Positions 48,836 to 58,990 are shown, numbered from the stretch's first letter. The stretch: DNA of 64,000 nt from Phycisphaeraceae bacterium (GCA_963674705.1 OY771506.1:1984001-2048000), one strand, 5' to 3'. A program made the numbers and translations. Notes: generated from the letters alone by a model not told the origin.

Positions 48836-48940
48836 GGTGACCAGGCCGGCGCCACCGCCGCCACCCTCTACAGCCTGATCGCCAGCGCCGAACGCCAGAA
48901 CTTCGACCCCCAACGCTACCTCACCAGCGTCCTGGCCAAC
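48836..48940 (+). mobile_element. IS66 transposase (TnpC) C-terminal fragment
   Basis: GDQAGATAATLYSLIASAERQNFDPQRYLTSVLA resembles the IS66 G..AA..YSLI.TAK....DP..YL..VL pattern. Confidence 0.75.
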
Positions 48941-49560
48941 TAGAGTGGTCCAAACCCTCTTCGGGAAGCCGGGTATGATTTTTTTGTGGTGCTGGCCCGG
49001 TGAATTTCAGATTTCTTTAAGACAAATCGGGGGTGTTTGGGGTGTGGTAGAGTGGTCCAAACCCTCTTCGGGAAGTCGGGTATGATTTTTTTGTGGTGCT
49101 GGCCCGCTGGATTTCAGATTTATTCAAAAAGATTTGGGGGTGCTTCAGCGGGAACCAGTGGGGCGAAGGGGGCCAGGCAAATCGGCATCGACTGGCAATC
49201 CGCCGGGGGTGGTCCATAATGTTGGGCACTTGCCAATACTGGACTTAGGGGAGTGGAGAAGATGTTGCCGCGTTGGGTGTTTGTGCTGTTTGTATTGCTC
49301 AGCGAGGCCTGGTCGGTCCGTCGAGATAACCAGATCCGGTTTCTGAAACTCCAACTCGAACTGTTTAAGGGGAAGGTGCCGGGCAACCGTGTAATCCCGT
49401 CGCCGGAAGAGCGGCAGCGGCTGATTCGGTTGGGCAAAAAGCTGGAGCATAAAGTAGATGATCTCGTCGGGATCGTGACTGTCAAGACCTACAAGCGCTG
49501 GCTTTGAGAAGAGAAGGCGGGTCGGGCTCCGGGTTGCGTAGGCCGACCGCGCCGGATGGC
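48941..49560 (+). mobile_element. Degenerate IS with tandemly duplicated 107-bp end and truncated transposase (49253-49507)
   Basis: TAGAGTGGTCCAAACC at 48941 and 49048; ORF homologous to 42759 with a premature TGA. Confidence 0.82.
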
Positions 49561-49672
49561 GGGCAACACATATATAATCCGGTTGCAGCATTCTTTGATC
49601 GGCGGCGCTCAAACACACCCACAATTCAGATGATGATCTATCTGTACAGCGAGGGTATCAGGGTGGGAAGGT

Positions 49673-49698
49673 AACCCATCTGACATGTCAGATGGGTT
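49673..49698. promoter_or_regulatory. Perfect 26-bp palindrome, candidate GntR operator
   Basis: AACCCATCTGACA/TGTCAGATGGGTT about 70 bp upstream of the TTGACA promoter. Confidence 0.55.
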
Positions 49699-49766
49699 CA
49701 GACAGAGTATTGTGCTGGCTTTCGTCGTCATTTTCCTTTTAAAAGAGCTAATATTACTGAAATACA

Positions 49767-49795
49767 TTGACATTTATATATTGGTACTGTATTTT
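49767..49795 (+). promoter_or_regulatory. Sigma70 promoter, likely leaderless transcript
   Basis: TTGACA-17bp-TATTTT ending 6 nt before ATG 49802; no SD. Confidence 0.6.
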
Positions 49796-49801
49796 ACTGA
49801 C

Positions 49802-50602
49802 ATGTTAGATGTAATCGATAAACGAACTGGGGATAAGTTGAGCGACAGGGCCTATCGCTATATCTGCCAGCAGATGCTGCAGGGGCGGGTGGTTGCAGGG
49901 TCGCGGCTGAGTGTCGGAATGCTGGCGAATGAGATCGGGATTAGCCGAACCCCGGTTTCCGAGGCTCTGAAACGCCTAGAGTTGGAGCACGTGGTGGAGC
50001 GCGTGCCGAGGGTTGGCACGATCGTTCGCCGACCCTCTGTTGATGAGATTGGCGATTTATACGACCTGCGTGAGATGCTGGAGTCGTACGCCGCGGCGTG
50101 TTCGGCCAGGCGGTCGAACGCGGAGCAGGTCCGGCAGTTGGGCGAATTACTGGCGCAGCTCCGGCAGTTATGCGTGGACCTGCGTAACTCTGAAGAATCT
50201 TATCTCACCACGAAGCAGACCCAGCGTTTTCTTGCGCTGGATATGGCGTTTCACGCGATTATCCTTCAGGCGGTCCGCACGCCGCATGTGCGTCGGATTA
50301 TTGAGGATACGCGTGTCTTCACGACCATCTTCTGCACCCGCCGCGAGGATTACTACGACTTGTCGGTGATTGCCGGGGTTTATCTATGGCACGGCCGTAT
50401 CTATCGCGCTATACGGCGTGGTGATGACATTGTCGCACGCAAAGCTATGGCGGAGCACTTGCGTGTGGGGCGTGAGGGTGCCCTGAAGTATCTCAGGCGT
50501 CACCAGGGCCAGGAAGATTCGGTGGATGTGGATTTAAAAGCATACCTTCCCGACGGTATGCGCAGTCTGGTTGATGACGAGGATGAAGATAGTTCTCGGT
50601 GA
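49802..50602 (+). CDS. GntR-family regulator (FCD domain)
   Basis: LANEIGISRTPVSEALKRLE wHTH; LYDLREMLE; LDMAFHAII; H..I..AIRRGD..A..AM.EHL. Confidence 0.93.
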   Translation: MLDVIDKRTGDKLSDRAYRYICQQMLQGRVVAGSRLSVGMLANEIGISRTPVSEALKRLELEHVVERVPRVGTIVRRPSVDEIGDLYDLREMLESYAAACSARRSNAEQVRQLGELLAQLRQLCVDLRNSEESYLTTKQTQRFLALDMAFHAIILQAVRTPHVRRIIEDTRVFTTIFCTRREDYYDLSVIAGVYLWHGRIYRAIRRGDDIVARKAMAEHLRVGREGALKYLRRHQGQEDSVDVDLKAYLPDGMRSLVDDEDEDSSR

Positions 50603-50688
50603 TCCGGTGGTTGATATTGCGGATTGTCTGAGTGTTGTTGATGTGTGTCGGATTGATTGCTGGGGGCAGTAACTTGGAGGTGTGTTGT

Positions 50689-51537
50689 ATGTCTTCGTTG
50701 AGGCTTAAGAATGTGTGCCGGGGTCGCGGGTTTACATTAATCGAGTTGTTGGTGGTGATCAGCATTATTGCGTTGCTAGTGGGGATCTTGTTGCCGGCCC
50801 TGGGGGCCGCGCGTGCATCTGCGATCAACGCGAAGTGCCTGTCCAATGTGCGTCAGGTGGCGACCGCGATGATCACCTATGAAGTAGATCATCGTCGGCT
50901 CCCGGCTCATGTCAACGAGTATCTAAGCCCCATGCCTTGGGGGCATCAGTTGAGCTTGCCGGGGTATGGTCCTGATAACCCTCGAGATACCCGTGTCCTG
51001 CTTAAGCCTTATCTTGGGACGGCGAACTTTCTTTCTTGTCCTTTTCTAGATGAGTTTGATCGCTCTTTGTCTACGTACGAGTCCGGATACTCTCGCGTGT
51101 ATGGTGACTATATCCTGGTGCCGGGCTACTACCAAGACCATGAACCCGGTGAGAACTGGGATTACTACAAAAAGGAAACGTTCTGGATTCGTAGTGATGT
51201 CCGCTGGATCTATGAGGATTATGAGGTTAATGCCTTGGTGGGTGATATGTTCTTTCGTGTGAGTAGCAACGGGGAGGTACGAGTTAATCATACGCGGGGT
51301 GTCGACGGATTCAGGCTGGAATATCACGTCCCGACCAGCTCAAGCGATTACGCGGATACATATTACATCGGCACCTTCAGCAACGAAGATGTTCGCGACA
51401 AGCTTTCCGCCAACTTTGCCATGAAGGATGGCTCAGCCTCGACACAGCAAGGTAGTGATGAGGTGATGTGTGACCTTGAGGTTCCGCGTATGGATCTGGC
51501 ATCGACGTGGAGCAACCGCATGCCTGTTCAGAAGTAG
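50689..51537 (+). CDS. Prepilin-type N-terminal cleavage/methylation protein (DUF1559-like)
   Basis: [46 protein letters not shown]. Confidence 0.92.
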   Translation: MSSLRLKNVCRGRGFTLIELLVVISIIALLVGILLPALGAARASAINAKCLSNVRQVATAMITYEVDHRRLPAHVNEYLSPMPWGHQLSLPGYGPDNPRDTRVLLKPYLGTANFLSCPFLDEFDRSLSTYESGYSRVYGDYILVPGYYQDHEPGENWDYYKKETFWIRSDVRWIYEDYEVNALVGDMFFRVSSNGEVRVNHTRGVDGFRLEYHVPTSSSDYADTYYIGTFSNEDVRDKLSANFAMKDGSASTQQGSDEVMCDLEVPRMDLASTWSNRMPVQK

Positions 51538-51664
51538 ATGTTAAAGCGGATGTGTCCGCTTGTGTGTTGATCTTTCCGGGAGTGATATATGTACCGGCCG
51601 ACAGAACGAGCTGGTGTCGTTGCGAGAACTCTTAATCAATCTTATATCGCAGAATTGGAGGAAT

Positions 51665-52690
51665 ATGATGAGACATTTGGGAACAACCTTTGCAGTGTGT
51701 GCCTCGGCTTTGTGTTCTGTCGTGGTGGCAAGCTCCGCCTTGGCCGCACCGAATTATAGTGATGTCGTGCTTGCGGATAATCCCGTTGCATACTTCCGGC
51801 TGAATGAAGACTCCGGCTCGTTGGCTCTGTCCAAAGTCAATACCGCGACCCATGTCGGTTCGTTGGTCGGCACGGGCGGGGACCTGACTTTTGATGGCCT
51901 GCAGTCGGCAACGCATTTGGGGTTTGATGACGGCAATACGGGGCTGCTGCTGGATGGCGTGAACGGAAGCGGTATCGACTTGGGCGCCAGCGTCTCTACC
52001 GCGATGGTGGGTGCGTCCGGTATCACAACGGAATTATGGCTGCACGAAAGCAATATCAGCACCGTCTTTGAAGACCGAACCGCTTCGATGCTGTACGCCG
52101 GCGCCGCCGCGGGCATTAATATCATCGTACGCGGTAACAATGTTCGTGTCGGCGGTCGCTCACATCATTCTGATTTTTACAACAGTGGGTCCTATGTGGT
52201 CCTACCTGATGATTCACTAGGTGGGTGGATTCATGTTGTCGGTGTTGTGGATTATGCGAACAGTCAGATACGCACGTACATCAATGGCGTGCTGCAGGAT
52301 ACCTCGACGGCGATGTTCCAGAACTCGACTTTTATGGAAGGCGCATATTCCACATGGACCGACCGCATCGGTAATTCGGCAGATAATTCCAGTGGTGCGC
52401 CGATTAGTGTGTTGCAGGGTGGTATCGATGAGGTTGCCTACTACAACCGCGCACTTTCTGATCAAGAAGTGCTGACTCACTTCATGTCTGCTTTTGAAGA
52501 AGGCAGCTCGGGTCTTCCCGGTGATATCAATGGCGACGGCTTCGTAGGCCTGGATGACCTGGATATCGTTCTGAACAACTGGAATGCCGGCACCCCGCCG
52601 AACGCGGGCTCGCCGAATATCCCTGAACCCGCTTCCTTGGGAATGATGATCGTTGGCGGCATGTTCGTGCTGCGGCGTCGCTGCTGCTGA
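51665..52690 (+). CDS. LamG-domain PEP-CTERM protein with single dockerin-like repeat
   Basis: YSDVVLADNPVAYFRLNE; WIHVVGV; IDEVAYYNRALS; GDINGDGFVGLDDLDIVLNNWN; IPEP. Confidence 0.9.
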   Translation: MMRHLGTTFAVCASALCSVVVASSALAAPNYSDVVLADNPVAYFRLNEDSGSLALSKVNTATHVGSLVGTGGDLTFDGLQSATHLGFDDGNTGLLLDGVNGSGIDLGASVSTAMVGASGITTELWLHESNISTVFEDRTASMLYAGAAAGINIIVRGNNVRVGGRSHHSDFYNSGSYVVLPDDSLGGWIHVVGVVDYANSQIRTYINGVLQDTSTAMFQNSTFMEGAYSTWTDRIGNSADNSSGAPISVLQGGIDEVAYYNRALSDQEVLTHFMSAFEEGSSGLPGDINGDGFVGLDDLDIVLNNWNAGTPPNAGSPNIPEPASLGMMIVGGMFVLRRRCC

Positions 52691-52705
52691 TACTGTGTTG
52701 CTGGT

Positions 52706-52748
52706 CAAGTGCCATACGGTTGCTACGTTCCCAGCCGTATGGCGCTTG
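52706..52748. terminator. Intergenic 17-bp hairpin
   Basis: CAAGTGCCATACGGTTG/CAGCCGTATGGCGCTTG with GU pairs; no U-tract. Confidence 0.5.
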
Positions 52749-52959
52749 CCGGCATTAATCCGTCACGGTCATTGACGTCCTAATGGCTAATTGAATCTGA
52801 TGGCGTGTGTATTTCTACCGGGTTTCTCGGTCGTGTTGCAAGCTCGATGTGTATTGGTCTGAGAGTTTGTCGGGGATCAGATTTGTATGCTTCTTTGCCT
52901 TTGGATCACAAGGTAAATGCATGCAGTGTCCCGCCGGGGTGTGAAGGTGTAGTTCCATC

Positions 52960-54360
52960 ATGACGAGTTATATCAACCGATTTTGGCTTTCCGTGCTGCG
53001 TTCAAGCATACTTTGCCTCGTGATGGTGTTTTTCTTCGGTGGCGTGAAGGCGTATGGCCAAACCACGCTTTTTAACGGTGAGCAAGTCCCTGGGGTCGTC
53101 ATTCAACATTCACCCGCATCGACCGGCGTGTTCCTGGGATCGCCTTCTCTGGTGATTCTGCCGGGCGGTGAATACATCGCATCATTTGAGTACTTCGGGG
53201 CCAGCGGCAGCCGTACCGACGTTTACAGATCGACCGATGAGGGTCAATCGTGGTCGATGGTCAGTGCGATGTTCAATCAGATATGGAGCAACTTGTTTGT
53301 TCATGACAACGACCTCTACAGCATCGGGACACGTGTTGCGCACGGCGATTTGATCATCCGCAAATCAACCGATGGGGGGGTAAGCTGGACATATCCGAGT
53401 GATGCGAGCACAGGGCTGTTAAAGGAGAGCACCTCGGTCGGGTATCACACCGCACCCGTTCCGGTGGTCGTCGCCAACGGCAGGATCTGGCGTGCGTATG
53501 AAGATATCGGCGGCGGGGGTAGTTGGCCCAACTACTTTCGTGCGGGGGTGATGAGTGCGCCGTTGGATTCCGATCTTCTGGATGCGGATAGCTGGGAATA
53601 CACCAATCTTTTGGCAAGGGACCCGCAGTGGCTCGGAGCGGTCGGCACATTTAATGGCTGGCTCGAAGGCAATGCCGTGGTCGACCGTAACGGGCAAGTC
53701 GTTAATGTGCTGCGTGTAGATGTTGGCGCCGGTCAGCCTGAGTTCACCGCTATCGCACGTGTTGAAGATAACACAACGCTGACTTTCAATCCCGATAGCG
53801 ATCTGGTGCCTATGTCTGGAGGCGCAAAAAAATTCACCATCCGGTACAACGAGTTGACCGACTCGTACTGGACACTGGCGAATATTGTCAATCAGGATAA
53901 CTATGATCCAGATGTGCTCCCGGGAGCGATTCGTAACACAATCGCGGTGATGGTGTCCACGGATCTGACCGACTGGTCAGTCAAAGAGATTGTACTGCAG
54001 GATTTAACCGATCCAGAGAATATTGCTTTTCAATATCTGGATTGGCAGTTTGATGGTACGGATATTGTCGCCGTCTCACGTACGTCGTATCCCGATGGTC
54101 TTGGTGGGGCCGATGATTATCACAACTCCAACTTTATAACCTTTCACCGTTTCGAAGATGTCTTGCCGGAGCCTTCTATCCCAGGTGATGTCAACGGGGA
54201 TGGGTTTGTTGGGCTGGATGACCTGGACATCATTCTGAACAACTGGAATACAGGGATTGCGCCGGGTTCCGGATCGCCGAGCATCCCTGAGCCGTCAGGA
54301 TTTGTTCTTGCGGTATTGAGTTCGGGGGCCCTAGTCGGGCGTCACAGTAATAGGAGGTAG
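52960..54360 (+). CDS. Asp-box (BNR) sialidase-fold glycoside hydrolase with dockerin-like repeat and PEP-CTERM
   Basis: GSPSL; RSTDEGQSW, KSTDGGVSW; GWLEGN; FQY.D; HNSNFITFHR; IPEP. Confidence 0.85.
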   Translation: MTSYINRFWLSVLRSSILCLVMVFFFGGVKAYGQTTLFNGEQVPGVVIQHSPASTGVFLGSPSLVILPGGEYIASFEYFGASGSRTDVYRSTDEGQSWSMVSAMFNQIWSNLFVHDNDLYSIGTRVAHGDLIIRKSTDGGVSWTYPSDASTGLLKESTSVGYHTAPVPVVVANGRIWRAYEDIGGGGSWPNYFRAGVMSAPLDSDLLDADSWEYTNLLARDPQWLGAVGTFNGWLEGNAVVDRNGQVVNVLRVDVGAGQPEFTAIARVEDNTTLTFNPDSDLVPMSGGAKKFTIRYNELTDSYWTLANIVNQDNYDPDVLPGAIRNTIAVMVSTDLTDWSVKEIVLQDLTDPENIAFQYLDWQFDGTDIVAVSRTSYPDGLGGADDYHNSNFITFHRFEDVLPEPSIPGDVNGDGFVGLDDLDIILNNWNTGIAPGSGSPSIPEPSGFVLAVLSSGALVGRHSNRR

Positions 54361-54473
54361 GGGGATTGTTCGCTTCGTGTGATTTTTAGATTGTATTCAT
54401 CTCGTAGAAGGTAGGTATTTAGTTAATGTTGGTTTCATTTTTTAACTTTTACGTAACTCTTGGAGGAAGAAAG

Positions 54474-55379
54474 ATGTTGAATCGTGTACTTACTAAGGTC
54501 GTTGGCGCATCGATTATAACGGCGGTGTTGGGGGTGCATGTTTCCTCGGCGGTCGCGGGTTACAGCGATGCGGTGCTGGCGGATAACCCACTGGCTTACT
54601 TCCGCTTGAATGAAACAGCCGGCTCGCTGGTCAATTCAGAGGTTGGCGGTTATGGCGGCTCGGTGATCGGCACGGTGGGCCTGGCCGATGCGGGCCCGCA
54701 GGTAGCAGTATTCGATGGCTTTGATGCGGCCAATACCGGCGCAACGTTTGTTGGCGCCGACGGGAACGGTATCGATCTTGGCGCGGGCATTTCTACCGCC
54801 ATGGTGGGTGCATCTGCGATCACAACTGAGATGTGGATATCCAAGGCTGCGTTGTCGACAGGTATCTACCAGGACAACGCAGCTTCTGTGCTTTACACAG
54901 ACGCCGCAGCCGGCGCTAACATCGTTATCCGCGGGAACAACCTGAAGGTCGGTGGACGCTCCACCAGCTCGGACGGATTCAAGTCCATTGCATACGGCGT
55001 GAATACCTCCGTTTCCGTCCCGGGTGACTGGTACCACATCGTCGGTATCCTAGATTTCGCAAACAATGACATCCTGTTGTATGTCAATGGCGTACTCGTG
55101 CAAAGCAATACATCCGCGGGGTTCTCTCAGTCGACTTACGCCAGCGGTTCGTACTCAACCTGGACCGACCGTATCGGTAACGTGGCGGGCTCGGGCGGGC
55201 TTCCGGATAACGTGATTACCGGTGCTATTGATGAGGTCGCCTACTACAACCGCGCATTGACCGCCGAGGAAGTGTCGGCCCACTATGACGCCGCATTCGT
55301 GCCGGAGCCGGTCTCATCGATGCTGCTGGGGATCGGCTCGCTGTGCTTCCTCGCTACCCGACGACGTAGCGCACACTGA
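54474..55379 (+). CDS. LamG-domain PEP-CTERM protein (paralog of 51665, no dockerin)
   Basis: SD GGAGG; shared YSTWTDRIGN and IDEVAYYNRAL; VPEP. Confidence 0.9.
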   Translation: MLNRVLTKVVGASIITAVLGVHVSSAVAGYSDAVLADNPLAYFRLNETAGSLVNSEVGGYGGSVIGTVGLADAGPQVAVFDGFDAANTGATFVGADGNGIDLGAGISTAMVGASAITTEMWISKAALSTGIYQDNAASVLYTDAAAGANIVIRGNNLKVGGRSTSSDGFKSIAYGVNTSVSVPGDWYHIVGILDFANNDILLYVNGVLVQSNTSAGFSQSTYASGSYSTWTDRIGNVAGSGGLPDNVITGAIDEVAYYNRALTAEEVSAHYDAAFVPEPVSSMLLGIGSLCFLATRRRSAH

Positions 55380-55394
55380 TAGAAATTAACTTAC

Positions 55395-55429
55395 CCGCAT
55401 CGGCCTTTACCGGTCGGTGTGGACTTTTC
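55395..55429 (+). terminator. Probable intrinsic terminator
   Basis: CCGCATCGGCC/GGTCGGTGTGG then ACTTTTC. Confidence 0.5.
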
Positions 55430-55498
55430 GTGCAATGTGAAGTGATTGCCCGGTGATCGAAAATAGTGTTGCAAGGATGTAGTGAGGTAAGTTGATTC

Positions 55499-57142
55499 AT
55501 GATATCTATTAGAAGATTCAGTGCATGTGCCGCCGCTTTTTTCGTGTGTATGCTTGTTTACCCGGCTCCGCGCACACATGCCGAAGATTTTCGCCTTGCA
55601 CTGCATTCGGTGGTCGAGTCTGTTAATACGATGACGATGTCTACGGCCATCGAGCTCCCGGGGCAAGCGGGGTAGTCTCAAACCGTATTCCTTCAGCATG
55701 ATGGTGGGACGGTCACGCTTGCGGCTGAGTCGAAAGCTGATAACCAGGTCTGGCAACTTGAGCGTCTGCCTGGATTAACCTGGCGCATTCGGGCGTACAA
55801 CGGAGATGGGTATCTATCAGTTGTTGTTGATAACAAGGCACTGTATGGCGGAAGCCATGTAGCTGTTTTGCCATGGACCGACTCGGAGAATCAACGCTGG
55901 TGTGTCACTTGCGATAAAGATCTGTCGGTGGCGATACGACTCAAGACAAAGCCCTATCAACTTCCGGTGAATACGCTAGCGAAAGGCAAGTTGCAGGTTG
56001 ATGTGTCAGAGTTGGAAGGCAGCAACGGCAATCTGTGGAACTTCAAGGCGGTGGAGAAGCTTGATTCACCGTCCATCGTCAAAGCGCCGAATGGCGATCT
56101 TGTTGTATATATGAAGAAAGACGGTGATCTATCCAAAAGCCGTGGTAAGTCCGGGATGCTGTTTCGGTCTAAGGATGGCGGAGATAGTTGGGTGAGGCTC
56201 GCGGATATCTCTGCAACGTATGGCCCGACACTGTTCACGCTCAAAGACAAGCTCTGCATGTTGGCTGGTGTGGATACTAAACTCGTTCTGCGGGTAAGCG
56301 AGGACAACGGTGATTCCTGGACCGAACACGTTATCAAGAATATCGGGCACGGGCTTGAGTCCGGCGGAGGGGCACCGGTCCTGTTTGCCGATGGTGTTTT
56401 GTATTACAGCTTCATGGATTACGGCGGGCCGAGAGGCTGGCCGAACAGTTTCCGACTATACGTCGCATCGTGTCCGGTTGAATCAGATATCACAGATCCT
56501 GCAAACTGGATTATCACTGCTCCTAGGCCATTCCCGAAAGAGCCAGCCGTATCCGGCACACGGAATGGCTGGCTAGAACCCAACGTCCTTAAGGCGCCAG
56601 ATGGTGATATCTGGCTGATTGCGCGGGTTGATCACATCGCAAAAGGCAACACCGGCGCTTACCTCAGGCTTTCATCTGATAGAAAGCAGATTGAGTTTGA
56701 TAATGTTTATCCCGCACCCGAGAATAGAACCGGGTTTATAACCGCGCCATGGGCTGCTCCTGCTAAGTTTCATATCGTTTACGACGAGAAGTCGGGCAAG
56801 TACTGGATGTTGGCGAATCCGTATTGTGGACCGCCGGCAAAAAACCGTTGGCACCCGTATGTGCGTAATGTCCTTGCGTTGTATTCCAGCACTGACATGT
56901 GGAACTTTGTCCTGGTCGATAGGCTTCTGGAAGACGACCAATTCTCCGATTGGGGGCAATCAAACTTACGCACGGGTTTTCAGCAGCCCTCATTCATTAT
57001 CAGTGGTAATGACCTCTTGTATGTTTCCAGGACCGCATACGGCACTTTCAACAACTACCACGACGCGAACATGATTACCTTTCACAAGGTGGCAGATTAC
57101 CAACGGATGCCATATCTCAAGCCTGACAACATAATGCGATAA
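55499..57142 (+). pseudogene. Ricin-B-like plus Asp-box propeller hydrolase with a single in-frame TAG (55673-55675)
   Basis: ATG 55499 is in the same frame as ORF 55868; signal peptide then AEDFRLALHSVVESVNT aligns with paralog AEDFEDALYSVVDSVDT; only stop is codon 59. Confidence 0.85.
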
Positions 57143-57213
57143 TCACACGACCCAAAGGTAATAATGCCTAGACATGGACCGCATCAAGCAAGATATCAAA
57201 ATCGACCGGGAAC

Positions 57214-58914
57214 ATGCCGGTTGAATTCTTATCACATCAAAATGAGGGTTTAATCGTGGAATCAAATCTACCTGCCAGCATACAATCGCAGACCAACGGA
57301 CAACGTCACCACCCATCGCGCAGAATCATTTTATCGACGCTTCTATTTGTATATGTGGGCTTTTCAAGTATTCAAGTATTAGCCGAAGACTTTGAGGATG
57401 CATTGTATTCGGTTGTGGATTCTGTTGACACGATCCGGGTGAGATTGTCTTCAATCGGTGATTTATACATGCAGCGTGATTTACCGGGCACCAATGTCAA
57501 TCTTGCTTTCGATTCCATAACCTCTCCACAACAAATTTGGCACATGGAGAAACTCGATGGAATGGTGTGGCGGTTTATACCATCCACAATGGGTGGCTAT
57601 CTGCGGGCGACTTCAGAGAATGGCTGGTTAAACTGCAATAATGTTGTATTGGCGTCATGGAATAACTGGGACAGTCAGAAGTGGGGGATAGCATGGTGTG
57701 GTGGCGGGTTGGTGAATTTTAATCTCACGGGTGTGGATTATCAGCTCTGTGCGAACTCCGGTTCTGACGGTTGGGGGGCAGGGGATAATGTTGAGATATA
57801 TGAACCCATGGACTGGGGGAGTGAAAAATGGGATATCTCAACTGTTGAAAACCTGGATTCGCCATCAATTATTAAGGCACCGAGCGGGAATCTTGTTGTA
57901 TACCTGAAGTACAACAACAACTCAGATTCAAGCTCAGTTGGAAAGCTGTATACATCGGATGATGGGGGTGCAACATGGGATAGTTTGCCTGATTTACCTG
58001 AGTCATACGGGACATATGCTCCGACGCTTTTCACACATGATGGCGATCTGTATATGCTTTCATGCGAAGGGTACAATCTTATTCTTCGCAAAAGCATCAA
58101 TAGCGGGAGCAGTTGGACAAAAACTGTGCTAAATACCTTTGGCCAATTGCTGGAATCAGGAGGAGGCGCACCGGTATTAGTCCATGACGGGTATGTTTAC
58201 TATGGTTTTATGGACAAGGACTACTGGCCAGTATATCCAATACAATGGCCAAGGTATTACCGATTGCGTGTGGCTTCATGCTCAACAAGTGTTGATATTA
58301 CTAATCCATCAAACTGGACTATTACTACACCTGAAGCGTTTCCCTCTTACCCCGCGGTGTCAGGGACTGAAAACGGCTGGTTGGAGCCAAATCTAGTTCC
58401 AGGGCCCGATGGGAAGATCTGGTTGATCGCAAGAGTCGACCACCAGGCCAATGGAAATGTTGCGGCCTGCCTGAAGCTCAATAGTGCCAGAACGGATATT
58501 GAGTTCAATAATATTTATCCGGCGACCGGATTGAATACAGGATTCTTCACGGCCGGATGGGCGGGTTCGGCGAAGTTTCACATCATCTACGATGATGTTT
58601 CGTCAAAATACTGGGTAATGTCGAATCCCTACAGGGGTGCCCCGTCTACGAATACTCGCCATCCATATGTCCGCAATGTACTTGCTCTGTATTCCAGCAC
58701 CGATCTCAAGAATTACATTCTGGAAGACGACCTTATCGAAGATGATATATCGGCTAGTTGGGCCGAGTCGGCATGGTGTACTGGATTTCAGCAGCCCGCG
58801 TTCATTATCGATGGTTCGCATCTCCTATATGTATCAAGAACCGCATACGGCACGTTTGATGATTATCACGACGCTAACATGATCACCTTTCATAAGAAGT
58901 TGAACTTCAGGTGA
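57214..58914 (+). CDS. Secreted ricin-B-like plus Asp-box sialidase-fold hydrolase
   Basis: QQIW, SQKW, SEKW (QxW) repeats; DSPSI; TSDDGGATW; NGWLEPN; HDANMITFHK; start may be GTG 57256. Confidence 0.85.
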   Translation: MPVEFLSHQNEGLIVESNLPASIQSQTNGQRHHPSRRIILSTLLFVYVGFSSIQVLAEDFEDALYSVVDSVDTIRVRLSSIGDLYMQRDLPGTNVNLAFDSITSPQQIWHMEKLDGMVWRFIPSTMGGYLRATSENGWLNCNNVVLASWNNWDSQKWGIAWCGGGLVNFNLTGVDYQLCANSGSDGWGAGDNVEIYEPMDWGSEKWDISTVENLDSPSIIKAPSGNLVVYLKYNNNSDSSSVGKLYTSDDGGATWDSLPDLPESYGTYAPTLFTHDGDLYMLSCEGYNLILRKSINSGSSWTKTVLNTFGQLLESGGGAPVLVHDGYVYYGFMDKDYWPVYPIQWPRYYRLRVASCSTSVDITNPSNWTITTPEAFPSYPAVSGTENGWLEPNLVPGPDGKIWLIARVDHQANGNVAACLKLNSARTDIEFNNIYPATGLNTGFFTAGWAGSAKFHIIYDDVSSKYWVMSNPYRGAPSTNTRHPYVRNVLALYSSTDLKNYILEDDLIEDDISASWAESAWCTGFQQPAFIIDGSHLLYVSRTAYGTFDDYHDANMITFHKKLNFR

Positions 58915-58990
58915 TGACAAGCGCTGTGCGTCTCAGTCCTGAGTATGCGATTGTGTGTGATGTAATTCTGCATTTAATCTGTGAAGTCTA

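Noticed and set aside
48941..49140. Repeated TAGAGTGGTCCAAACCCTCTTCGGGAAG as a CRISPR array
   Set aside because: There are only two 107-bp units, the intervening sequence is also duplicated, there are no cas genes, and the sequence matches IS ends elsewhere.
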